From: a virus
Taxonomy: Duplodnaviria; Caudoviricetes
IMG/VR virus record: IMGVR_UViG_3300035208_003115
DNA: 64,000 bases
Reading direction: 5' to 3' (one strand)
The notes beneath the pieces were generated by a model. The model had not been told where the DNA came from, did no database searches, and saw nothing but the letters and a program-made list of their open reading frames with translations. Positions 7,955 to 16,851 of the stretch are shown here, one piece after another. The translations under genes were made by a program, and so were the position numbers. Position 1 is the first letter of the stretch, and each line of letters begins with the position of its first letter.

Positions 7955-8617
7955 TCATTGTATTGATTCTTTTCCCGTTTCTGTGTAGGCATTTGTCCTT
8001 GTAATTTTGCAGTATGTCATGATGCAGGGATTAACAGAACTATCTTCTATCCCAATAATCTCCATCTTATACTCGTTAGAGGAAATAGTTTCAAGCTTTT
8101 CTTTAACCGCCATTTTAACTCCTGGGCATCGTCTCCACCCATAGTCATGTAGTAAGATTACTCCTCCCACAACAAGTCGAGGCCAGAAGAAATCTAGTCC
8201 GTCTTTTGTGGCCCGATATATATCCGCATCAAGATGAACGAGGCTAAATTGTCTTTTCATCATATCTTCTGTAGCAGATAGGGGGAAGATGCCTTTGATT
8301 ATTTTGACATTCGGGGCATCACTCATATAATTAAGAACATCTTCATAGGGGTAGGCAAAGTCTCCCTTCGCGTGTCCACCTTGATCTTGTTCGCTTATGG
8401 GAATACCCTCGAATGTGTCAAGACTCCATACGGTTTTCTTATCATTTGATACGGCAAGCATTTTGCTCATCCCGCCACGGAATATTCCTAGCTCAGCGAT
8501 ATCCCCAGGAATTTCTATTAATTCTCTCGCACAATCAAAAACAGTTTGGGCGTTCTCTTTAGATAGAGCAGTCCGACTATGAAATCCTGTTTTCCACAAC
8601 TCTTCAAACGTATACAT
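7955..8617 (-). CDS. TylF/MycF-family sugar O-methyltransferase
   Basis: PGDIAELGIFRGG, LDTFEGIP, SLVHLDADIY, GGVILLHDY, CPGV. Confidence 0.9.
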   Translation of the reverse strand: MYTFEELWKTGFHSRTALSKENAQTVFDCARELIEIPGDIAELGIFRGGMSKMLAVSNDKKTVWSLDTFEGIPISEQDQGGHAKGDFAYPYEDVLNYMSDAPNVKIIKGIFPLSATEDMMKRQFSLVHLDADIYRATKDGLDFFWPRLVVGGVILLHDYGWRRCPGVKMAVKEKLETISSNEYKMEIIGIEDSSVNPCIMTYCKITRTNAYTETGKESIQ

Positions 8618-8618
8618 A

Positions 8619-9689
8619 CTACTCCTTAATGGTCGAGGATAGATAATCTCTAAGCTTGTTGGAATTGCGAGGCAGATTTATGGCCGTGGCTGAAGGATAG
8701 GCATTGGTAGGCGTAAAGTCGTTTATGAGTATCCGCCGTGCATGTTTTAAGCCGAACAGTATATTGTCATAGGAGAATCCTAGTATTTTTAGATGACGTT
8801 CGGTTATTACTCTTGCCCTACTGGGGCGTGATGTTGTAAGGATTATTTCAATCTTTCCAGTGTTACGCAATTCATTAAGATATGATATATTATCTTTTAG
8901 GCCGGGAGTAGAGCCCCAGGATTTCCCAATATACTCAGATGAGTTTTCCACGAGAACACCATCTATATCGACAAAGAGAGTCGCGAACTCAGAGCGGTAT
9001 CTGTCCCAGTCCTTTATCGTTCCCCAGTCTAAGTAGTTCTTAGCAGGATTATTTCTAAAACGGATTCCATCCAAGAGCATCTTATAGATGATATGGGATA
9101 TATATAGATCTTTATTTTCTTTTGCTAGGCCATCATAGTGTTCGAGATAATCGTTTGCCTCTGCAAAGCTATATGCCCCACAGCAAAATGAAGTGCTTAA
9201 TATCTTTTTCTCTGCAATTCCCGTGATAGAACCGTCGTGCCCTAGCGTGATATAACTCTTGTTTCGGGGATCAATCAAACCCGTTTGTTCTAATTGATAA
9301 GTTGCTATCCAGTTACCGGGCGATATATTGACTTCAAACTGATTATCACAATCTTTGATTATGATAGGTCCCCTAATATGACCTCTCCGGATTCCTAGCG
9401 CGACTGTATCGGGCTGACAATGAGTATCTTCTGGTTTTATAGCAACGAGCGTAATCCTTTTGCCGGGGGCTACTTTTTTAAGCTGGCGCGGTAGACTCTC
9501 TCCATACTCGTTTGCGAATTCCGCTAAAGTAGTAATACAGATAGCAGATATCTTTGATAAATCGAGAGTTCTGATACTTTCCATTAACATAGTATTCCCA
9601 TTGGGATGAGTCAGAGTCCATTTGGGACGGACATTAGGAAAGCGACTTGATGCTCCCGCTATCGGAAGAATTAATGTTGGCTTGCGCAT
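8619..9689 (-). CDS. Sugar/polyol nucleotidyltransferase fused to HAD-like phosphatase
   Basis: ILPIAGASSRFP..RPKW, KDCD, IAEK, DWGT; C-terminal FVDIDGVL..LTTSR. Confidence 0.85.
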   Translation of the reverse strand: MRKPTLILPIAGASSRFPNVRPKWTLTHPNGNTMLMESIRTLDLSKISAICITTLAEFANEYGESLPRQLKKVAPGKRITLVAIKPEDTHCQPDTVALGIRRGHIRGPIIIKDCDNQFEVNISPGNWIATYQLEQTGLIDPRNKSYITLGHDGSITGIAEKKILSTSFCCGAYSFAEANDYLEHYDGLAKENKDLYISHIIYKMLLDGIRFRNNPAKNYLDWGTIKDWDRYRSEFATLFVDIDGVLVENSSEYIGKSWGSTPGLKDNISYLNELRNTGKIEIILTTSRPSRARVITERHLKILGFSYDNILFGLKHARRILINDFTPTNAYPSATAINLPRNSNKLRDYLSSTIKE

Positions 9690-10495
9690 ATCTGAGCTCC
9701 CTTGTATCTATCTCGAAGGACGTTTAGTTCTTCGTCTGTTTTTATATAGGGGACGATTCGTAATAGATTTATTGCTTGGATTAAATCCTGATAACGTTTA
9801 TAGTCCTCAGAAAACATGAATCTTTCATTCAGTATGTTATCTAAATATCGAAGAGCAATATTTATCTGAACGTGGTCAAATGGTTTTCTATATTTTAATA
9901 GAAACCATTTATGGAATGTGTCTTGTCTTAGTTTCGTCATATCTATAACTGGAGCCTCTATATAGCTGTCAAGCGGATCCAATAACCAGACAATATTATT
10001 TTTATCATCAATAACCATATTCGCCAGTGTTAAGTCTCCATGACAAATCCCAACCTTAAGTATAAGAGGAGTATCAATTAGCTCATAAAGGGGGCGCGTA
10101 TCAAACCCCATCCGCCTACATGTCGGTGAAATAGCATCTAGCTTAGTCTTTATTTTTCCACTAACATCCTCTGGATAACTTAGTTCTTGATTGCTTTCTA
10201 TAAAGGTAGCTAATGATTCCGCTAGCCAATTTATCTGTTTCCGATTTGTTGTTTGCAGAAACTCAATTGCATCTTTCCCAAATAGAAAGGGCAGTTTGTA
10301 GCTAGCACTCTTCTCCCGGCATTGAAAAGAATATGGCTTCGGGAGTTGGACGCCTCCCGCCGATCTCCCAGCGAGTAACTGGATCTTTTTATGCTGAGCC
10401 TTAAGTCTATCTGGTTGCCCTGAATGCTTTATAATATATCCATCATGACATATGAGTCTTGCTCCGGAACCAGGCAAGAAGGGTAGTTGATTCAT
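9671..10495 (-). CDS. APH/choline-kinase-like phosphotransferase
   Basis: G.SGA, CHGDLTLANM, LLDPL; start re-called to MNQLPF. Confidence 0.85.
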   Translation of the reverse strand: MNQLPFLPGSGARLICHDGYIIKHSGQPDRLKAQHKKIQLLAGRSAGGVQLPKPYSFQCREKSASYKLPFLFGKDAIEFLQTTNRKQINWLAESLATFIESNQELSYPEDVSGKIKTKLDAISPTCRRMGFDTRPLYELIDTPLILKVGICHGDLTLANMVIDDKNNIVWLLDPLDSYIEAPVIDMTKLRQDTFHKWFLLKYRKPFDHVQINIALRYLDNILNERFMFSEDYKRYQDLIQAINLLRIVPYIKTDEELNVLRDRYKGAQICASQH

Positions 10496-10505
10496 TTCGG
10501 AAGTC

Positions 10506-11162
10506 CTAGATAAACTTCTCGCCGTTGAGAGCGTATAGAAGAGGTTGTTTAAAGTCAAGCTTGACACCGTTACGAGTTGCTAATTTATAGATGGTTTCCT
10601 CGGGATTTTCGGAAGATCCATAAATTTGGCTTACGCGGGCCATATCCTTGGTGTCCCATACTTTAAGGGCTGTTGGCAAATCGCTAATAGCGAACTGGTC
10701 ATTCATGCCTTTATAAACACAGACCGACGGCATAGTATATACGCCGGGCTTCATCCATTGCCCTATATCGTCTATTTTAATATCCAAATCAGGTCTCGAC
10801 AAAATAACCCCATCATATGGGATAGTAGTATCAGCGATTATCTCCAATCCAACCCTGGTTGACCAAAACTGTTTATAATTATTTTCCGGTTTCCATCTGG
10901 TTCCCGGTATTTTAACAACACGACAAAGTGTTGTTAGTCTACTTAGGGCCAGTTCTTTACTTGGTTCATTTAGTATTATTAGATTAAGCCAGGGATTAGA
11001 TTCCAAAAGAAGATGGCTATGCAGATGCTTCCATGTAATAAAATAGGCATCAACTTCATGCCCCATGGAGAGAAGATTATCCCGGTGTTCTTTTATCCGT
11101 CTATCGACATCCTCGAGCGAAGGACGGATGGGACCCCTCCATAGTACCCCATATCGAGCCAC
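10506..11162 (-). CDS. Putative glycosyltransferase-like protein
   Basis: G.IR...F.TW...YDGVILSRPDL...NDQFAI pattern typical of viral GT-A-like proteins. Confidence 0.55.
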   Translation of the reverse strand: MARYGVLWRGPIRPSLEDVDRRIKEHRDNLLSMGHEVDAYFITWKHLHSHLLLESNPWLNLIILNEPSKELALSRLTTLCRVVKIPGTRWKPENNYKQFWSTRVGLEIIADTTIPYDGVILSRPDLDIKIDDIGQWMKPGVYTMPSVCVYKGMNDQFAISDLPTALKVWDTKDMARVSQIYGSSENPEETIYKLATRNGVKLDFKQPLLYALNGEKFI

Positions 11163-12208
11163 TAAATGGCTCCTATCTGCTTAAAGAATTGAAGACAAAG
11201 TTTGATATGCTCATTCCTCTTTACTTCCCAGCGCTTCCGTATGTCCGACGGAACTTTGGCCGAATTAATATTCGCGTCTTCGTCTATATATTTTAGTTCT
11301 TTATTAGTAAGGATAAAGTTTAAAAGACTGGGATCGTTTGCTCCTCTTTTTACACTTTGATCCCACATTTGGTATATTTCGCGAGGAGTGGGACTAATTG
11401 GGTTAATACGGGCGACTACATCTATAGTAAAACCTGGAATAAGACTTTTCTTGGGACCTGCTTTTTTATTTGGGTCATCGTTCATCCTGTCAAACCACCA
11501 CTGCTTATCCTTATTATCATACTGCAGGACATACATGAGGGGAGTATTTCCTCGCTCTAGATGATGGCCGACATATCGTTTCATATTATTTACTCGAACG
11601 ATATACATTTTCCTATCGCCCCAACCTGAGTGCCAGACCATTGCCTCCTCTACTATTACCTCTGCTTCAGGTTGTAGTTTCTTAACAGCTTCTGTTATAA
11701 AAAGACCAACATCTTCCGTCTTGCCATAACGATTAAACATGCGGTCCCAGCCAGCGCTACCTTTTTCTCCGACCCGGGGCAATTGGACTATTGATGTTTG
11801 GGCTAGACAAATCGACTTTGCGACATATTCGGCAAAGTCTTCATCTGACTCTCCATTATGTCCGTAGTGGTGAAGGATATTAAGTAGTAACTGATAGTCT
11901 GAGAAGAACGTGGATTCGTAGAGTTTGCGGATTAAAGTAAGGCGCATATCTGCCCCACTTATAATGATATTCTTTAGCCCTTCTTTTTTAGCTAAATCTG
12001 ATTGTTTATTATGTTGGGTATGAATCTTCTCAACAGATAATACAATAGATTGAGGAAATTCCCGAGCGATATTGCGAGCGAATATTCCTATATCGCTTCC
12101 CCAGTCAATACATGAGAATGAGCGGTCTGTAGGGAAAACTGAGTGGAACGCCCCATATCTTACATCTGTGTTCTCTTTGTTTTGATAATCTGCCACAATC
12201 AACCCCAC
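11162..12208 (-). CDS. Methyltransferase with kinase-like C-terminal part (WbdD-like)
   Basis: CIDWGSDIGIF, VLSVE, LLLNILHH; C-terminal D...LNFIL......YID. Confidence 0.6.
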   Translation of the reverse strand: MGLIVADYQNKENTDVRYGAFHSVFPTDRSFSCIDWGSDIGIFARNIAREFPQSIVLSVEKIHTQHNKQSDLAKKEGLKNIIISGADMRLTLIRKLYESTFFSDYQLLLNILHHYGHNGESDEDFAEYVAKSICLAQTSIVQLPRVGEKGSAGWDRMFNRYGKTEDVGLFITEAVKKLQPEAEVIVEEAMVWHSGWGDRKMYIVRVNNMKRYVGHHLERGNTPLMYVLQYDNKDKQWWFDRMNDDPNKKAGPKKSLIPGFTIDVVARINPISPTPREIYQMWDQSVKRGANDPSLLNFILTNKELKYIDEDANINSAKVPSDIRKRWEVKRNEHIKLCLQFFKQIGAI

Positions 12209-12220
12209 ATATGTTAGATT

Positions 12221-12934
12221 TTAGTTATCATTTTTCTCTATATAAATCTGATTAGAGGAAACATTACATGAGCCGGCCCAAAATGTATTGAGCTGGTTCT
12301 CCGTATGCCATTCTTTACTCGGAACCCAAGAGCCAAGTTCGGCTCCTATATTCTGAGTACGTCCGAGTCGTGGTCTTACCTCGCTTCTTTCGCCTCGGGT
12401 AAAATGATTAACAGTAGTATCCCATGAAGCTCGTTTGCCTTCGTGGTCCCACTGGGCGCTCATATCTGTCCAGCGATTCTGCCAGGTTCCCCAGCCCCAT
12501 GGAGTAAACCACTTGGTCCTATAGACTGTGCTGAATAAAGAAGAATCTACAGTCTCTTTGTTATAGCCACAGACATTCATAATATCCGTGTCGTCAGCAT
12601 ATTTATCCCGAGCCCACTCCATAAATTCGAGAAAGTCTTTGGCCGGGACTACGTCATCTTCTAGAATTATAACAAAGTCGGACTCTTTAAACCCATGGTC
12701 TAGAGATGCGTGGACATTACGATTGCATCCAAGACGCATGGGATTTATGTGGAGAGTTTTATTTAGACCAGAGATTTTATCTATGGCATCTATTACTTCG
12801 GGGAACCCTGGCTCTGCGTGGATAAATATTTTATACTTCTCTATCCCATAGCAACTCTTCATTCCCTCGAGAACGGCCCGGGTATAACCGGGACGCCGAT
12901 AAACAGGCATTACTATGACTTTTTCGTATCGCAT
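12221..12934 (-). CDS. GT-A glycosyltransferase, GT13/GnT-I-like
   Basis: VMPVYRRPGY, VIILEDD, DFLEFM, PWGWGTW..RW, WD, RP.L.R..NIG..G. Confidence 0.8.
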   Translation of the reverse strand: MRYEKVIVMPVYRRPGYTRAVLEGMKSCYGIEKYKIFIHAEPGFPEVIDAIDKISGLNKTLHINPMRLGCNRNVHASLDHGFKESDFVIILEDDVVPAKDFLEFMEWARDKYADDTDIMNVCGYNKETVDSSLFSTVYRTKWFTPWGWGTWQNRWTDMSAQWDHEGKRASWDTTVNHFTRGERSEVRPRLGRTQNIGAELGSWVPSKEWHTENQLNTFWAGSCNVSSNQIYIEKNDN

Positions 12935-12948
12935 TTAAATTCCTTGAG

Positions 12949-13239
12949 TTAGACCTGTTCAGGATTGTCTCGATAAAGTCTATATTTCCCGAGCTTCAAT
13001 ACTAGGTGCTTCTCTACACCCGGAGAAATCATCTCCTGTTTGTCTACCAGACGAGACATAGCCCAACCGCCTTCCGGCGTTGAAGGACAGTATTCTTCAG
13101 TAGAAGAGGAGATATGAAAAGATGCGATTTCAGTATTCTGATCATTGCTAACCGAGATTACTTCACAATCAGGTGGAAGCCCCAACCATTTGGCCAGAGC
13201 TTCATAGGTCATCCGGAAGATGGCGCGATGTTTAGGCAT
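12949..13239 (-). CDS. Hypothetical protein
   Basis: ATG 13239 after GGAGGAG. Confidence 0.7.
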   Translation of the reverse strand: MPKHRAIFRMTYEALAKWLGLPPDCEVISVSNDQNTEIASFHISSSTEEYCPSTPEGGWAMSRLVDKQEMISPGVEKHLVLKLGKYRLYRDNPEQV

Positions 13240-13903
13240 TGCTATCTCCTCCTGTATTACTATCTGTAAAAAACTCAGTATTTCTATCGAGGGCCTGGGC
13301 ACAATTCATGCTTCTTACCGAAGACATGCTACGAGATAATAGGGTATATGTTTCGCTAATTCCCTTACTAGTTGCATCATAGTTTAGTGTGGATCCGGCA
13401 TAGCCACTAATTCCACCAATGCCTACAGATCCAGCTTCAGAGAAGGAATCGATATTGGCTCCCATGAATACGAATCGCCACATAGCTGTCTGGCATTCTT
13501 CAACTAGTTTCTTGAGATCATCTTTCTTAATCTCGCGACTTGAGTTTTCCTCGCCGTCAGTAATGACAACTGCAACAATCCGACCCGGGCGACTATCTTC
13601 GGGCATGGAATTGACATATTCCTTGGTCTCTTGGATTGCCTTATGCAGGCCGTCCAGAAGAGCCGTTCCACCTCTCGGGGAATAGGTCAGGTCATTCAGT
13701 TTGGGGACATTAGCAAGAGGAACTCCGTTGAAGTCTACTTGGTATTCATGGTCAAACTGGACCAGTGTCATAGTGGCCTTGCCTGGAAGCTTCTGTTGTT
13801 CTTCAAGAAAGTGATTAAATCCACCGATTGTATCTTTGGCTAGGGATGACATCGATCCCGAGCGGTCAATGACAACTGTAATATGTGTATAGTTCTGATC
13901 CAT
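13232..13903 (-). CDS. von Willebrand factor A domain protein
   Basis: MIDAS DRSGSM, GGTALLD, VITDGEENSS, FMGAN. Confidence 0.92.
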   Translation of the reverse strand: MDQNYTHITVVIDRSGSMSSLAKDTIGGFNHFLEEQQKLPGKATMTLVQFDHEYQVDFNGVPLANVPKLNDLTYSPRGGTALLDGLHKAIQETKEYVNSMPEDSRPGRIVAVVITDGEENSSREIKKDDLKKLVEECQTAMWRFVFMGANIDSFSEAGSVGIGGISGYAGSTLNYDATSKGISETYTLLSRSMSSVRSMNCAQALDRNTEFFTDSNTGGDSNA

Positions 13904-14397
13904 TATTTCTCTCCCTTAGTTAGATCCGCTTCTTCTGCAGCCTCGGCCATTTTTTCTTTTAGATCATCTGCCAACTTGACGGGGACCTCTCTGATTCCTT
14001 GAATCTTTTTCATAAGTTCCTCATTCATTGGAGCTAGCTCTACGACAATACAGTCTTCTTCTGTCATGGCAATATTCTGCCGGCTATCCATGATGGGAAC
14101 ATAGGCGGGACTTTTCATTTTCTTTCCATCTGCTCCCGTTACTTCCTTACCTGCTTCTGGGTTCTTGGTCATAACAAGAGACCTAATAGAACCGGTTAGG
14201 CCATGGGGCCCCGTTACAGACATCTTTACTTCTACGACTCCATTAAGACTCTCTCCCGTGTTGGCATCGAAGATTTGAACGTCCGGTCCCTTAACGCCTG
14301 TTTTTCCGGGGTTGGCCCAGATCCCTGTCATAATTGTATTCCCTTCAGGGGTCTTGTTTCCCGACTCAACGAGATAAGTAATTACGACTCTACGCAT
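13903..14397 (-). CDS. Hypothetical protein
   Basis: 164-aa ORF; SD AAGGA; TAATG coupling. Confidence 0.75.
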   Translation of the reverse strand: MRRVVITYLVESGNKTPEGNTIMTGIWANPGKTGVKGPDVQIFDANTGESLNGVVEVKMSVTGPHGLTGSIRSLVMTKNPEAGKEVTGADGKKMKSPAYVPIMDSRQNIAMTEEDCIVVELAPMNEELMKKIQGIREVPVKLADDLKEKMAEAAEEADLTKGEK

Positions 14398-14511
14398 TGT
14401 AGTTATCCTTTAATCAATTTTAAGACAGAAGAATATGGATAGGAAGTACTGAATGGTGATATCTCAGAGGTTAGCACGCAATTTCCTAGCACGTATTCTT
14501 ACAGCCTCAAT

Positions 14512-14590
14512 TGGTGGAGCGCCTGGGAATTGAACCCAGCTGGTATTCTCATTGCAAGTGAGACGACCACCCCATGCAGTCCCGCGCCCC
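14512..14590 (-). tRNA. tRNA-Ala(UGC)
   Basis: Acceptor GGGGCGC/GCGCTCC with G3:U70; TCTCA-CTTGCAA-TGAGA; T-arm CTGGG-TTCAATT-CCCAG; ACCA end. Confidence 0.9.
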
Positions 14591-14591
14591 A

Positions 14592-14665
14592 TGGAGCCCA
14601 CTGACGGTACTGCCCCGTCATCTCCACTTTACGAAAGTGGTGCATCTCTTCAATGCTTAGCAGGC
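14592..14665 (-). tRNA. tRNA-Thr(CGU), atypical T-loop
   Basis: GCCTGCT/AGTGGGC; D-stem GCAT/ATGC; CCACT-TTCGTAA-AGTGG; GACGG-GGCAGTA-CCGTC; TCCA end. Confidence 0.85.
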
Positions 14666-14685
14666 TTACGACAGTGCCAAGGGAA

Positions 14686-14805
14686 TTACTTGCGAAACTT
14701 GTTCAGGAAGCTACGGGTCTTGGCCGTCCACGTGGCTCCCCATCTGGCCCAGCTTGCTGCGCCAGCAGCAAACGTTATTGCTAGGATGATGAGGTTAGTC
14801 AACAT
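14686..14805 (-). CDS. 39-aa membrane peptide (not in ORF track)
   Basis: AAGGAG SD; MLTNLIILAITFAAGAASWARWGATWTAKTRSFLNKFRK. Confidence 0.6.
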   Translation of the reverse strand: MLTNLIILAITFAAGAASWARWGATWTAKTRSFLNKFRK

Positions 14806-15718
14806 GAATGGTCTCCTTGATTACTTCTAGTACCTTCTCTGGGATTATAGCAATATTGCACGGGTTGTTCAACTGGCAATGTGTAAAGCATGGAACAGGT
14901 CTACATACTGCTTCCTTGGGCCTAACTGGCTCTACATACCTCACAGATGGCCCAATTGGCCCCACAAACGGCCCTTTCTGACCCGATTCTTGCGCACAGC
15001 CCATGGTGGCCCCCATGACTATAACAGAGGGCAAATTGACTGATTCAGCCAGATATGAGGGCCCGCTATCAACACCTACATAGAACTTGGCTCTCTCTAG
15101 AACCGCTGCTGTTTCTTGGTACACTGTTTTACCACAGAGGTCTATTGTCCCGGGTACACGCTTGTCAGATCCGATGCCTATCTGAACTACTTCTATACCC
15201 ATGGACTTCTTTATCATGGATACTAATTTTGTGAAGTGCTGAATGGGCCAGTCTTTACTTGCGACTCGAGAGGTGGTATGGATAACGGCATAAGTATTAT
15301 TAGGAATAATGGGGGATATATTTTTTCTGGCCTCGTCGCCTATATTAAAGCGGATATGTTTATCTTTAATGGGAGTGGTTAATAGACCCGTCCTAGATGC
15401 GTACCAGTCAATCATATGAGAGTTACGAGTCTCAGGAGTGTGATGCCACATTGTATCGTAGTGGTTGGCCCTGGCCATCCGGGCTATGTGGTCAGATTGT
15501 TTCCCGCGGAGATATTGATATACATCGGGGTAAGAACCGCCATCATATAGAACGATATCATTGATCTCGGGGTTCCCCGCCAGTAGACCTTTATAGACCT
15601 TATTTGTGTGAAATCGAATTTGAACATCGGGGTATTGTCTTTTTATTTCAGAGATAATAGGGGTTGTCATTAAGACGTCTCCCATCGTCTGAAATAATAC
15701 TAGATCGAATATTTTCAT
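14795..15718 (-). CDS. Glycosyltransferase family 9
   Basis: MGDVLMTTP, YP, NPEI, SKDWP, DLCGK, YVGVDSGPSY. Confidence 0.9.
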   Translation of the reverse strand: MKIFDLVLFQTMGDVLMTTPIISEIKRQYPDVQIRFHTNKVYKGLLAGNPEINDIVLYDGGSYPDVYQYLRGKQSDHIARMARANHYDTMWHHTPETRNSHMIDWYASRTGLLTTPIKDKHIRFNIGDEARKNISPIIPNNTYAVIHTTSRVASKDWPIQHFTKLVSMIKKSMGIEVVQIGIGSDKRVPGTIDLCGKTVYQETAAVLERAKFYVGVDSGPSYLAESVNLPSVIVMGATMGCAQESGQKGPFVGPIGPSVRYVEPVRPKEAVCRPVPCFTHCQLNNPCNIAIIPEKVLEVIKETIHVD

Positions 15719-16851
15719 TTCCAGTCCTCTAATATATCCACTGTTCTAGTTGCGACCTTGGAGGCAATATTATGCCACTCGTATGGTTGCATATCAATGG
15801 CTGCTTTTTCTCCTAGCTTTTCCATCTCTTTGGGATGTTCGTAGGCCCAGCGCATTTGCCTTCGAAGGTCTCCAATGTCTGCATTCCACCACTCATGACC
15901 AGATTGAACGGGCTCTCTTAAAAGCCAGGGAACATCTGAAACGGGAATTTGCCGACACTTAACGAGAAGACCATTTGTTTCATTCATATAGGAACGATGA
16001 CCCGATGCATCTGTCATTATTGTCGGTACCCCACAGGCCATAGACTGCATAGTACCATAACTCCACCCCTCTCCTCGAGTAGGGAGAACATAGCAATTAG
16101 AAGCACGATGAAGAGATGCGATTTCATCATTTGTCATACTGTCTCCGAGGAATAGTAAATGAGCAGTTGACTTGTTGGCTGTTCTATATTTTATAATTAC
16201 GTCTTTAATCATTCTTTTGGATCTCTCGAAGTCCCCGCCGGAGTATGCCTTTAAGACAAGTGTAACGTTGTCCCTAGCTGAGAACTCTTGGAAATATGCG
16301 TTTAGGAGAAGATCTGGGCCTTTACTTGTTTTGTAGTCCATAATACTAAGGAATACAAACTCCTTCCTGCCTATAATTTTTGCAGGACTAATATTCGGGT
16401 TATATCTTTGTAGATTAACTCCTAGTGGAATTACCTGAATCTTTTTTTCGGGCAATCCTCCTTTGACGAAGGCTTGTTTTCCCCATTCTGTTGGAACCCA
16501 TATCTCATCTAATGGGACTTGTTTCTCTATCAACTGCCAGACATATGGGCACCGATCGGTCTCATATATGGTAGCGCAAATATTCGGAACACCCTGCTTT
16601 CGTTCTACGATTCTAGATGGTGGCATATGATTAATATAGATATGGTCATCCGGAAGAGTTGTTCGTTCCATTTCTTGGAGCTTAGTTAGTTGCATATTAG
16701 AGAATACATTTGAGATAGAAGACCAGTTATCCAGAGGGGTTAGTCTCGTCGGGACACCGATGTCATATAGTGCGAGCGACAACTCTCTAACGACTAGAGC
16801 TATTCCAGAGATGTCTTTATACGGTCCATAGATTTCTATTCCAAATGACAT
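15715..16851 (-). CDS. Glycosyltransferase family 4
   Basis: YETD, IWVPTEW, KGPDLLL, YVLPTRGEGWSYGTMQSMACGVP. Confidence 0.9.
   Translation of the reverse strand: MSFGIEIYGPYKDISGIALVVRELSLALYDIGVPTRLTPLDNWSSISNVFSNMQLTKLQEMERTTLPDDHIYINHMPPSRIVERKQGVPNICATIYETDRCPYVWQLIEKQVPLDEIWVPTEWGKQAFVKGGLPEKKIQVIPLGVNLQRYNPNISPAKIIGRKEFVFLSIMDYKTSKGPDLLLNAYFQEFSARDNVTLVLKAYSGGDFERSKRMIKDVIIKYRTANKSTAHLLFLGDSMTNDEIASLHRASNCYVLPTRGEGWSYGTMQSMACGVPTIMTDASGHRSYMNETNGLLVKCRQIPVSDVPWLLREPVQSGHEWWNADIGDLRRQMRWAYEHPKEMEKLGEKAAIDMQPYEWHNIASKVATRTVDILEDWK

Noticed and set aside
14552-14830. 92-aa plus-strand ORF
   Set aside because: Antisense to two tRNAs and the small peptide gene.
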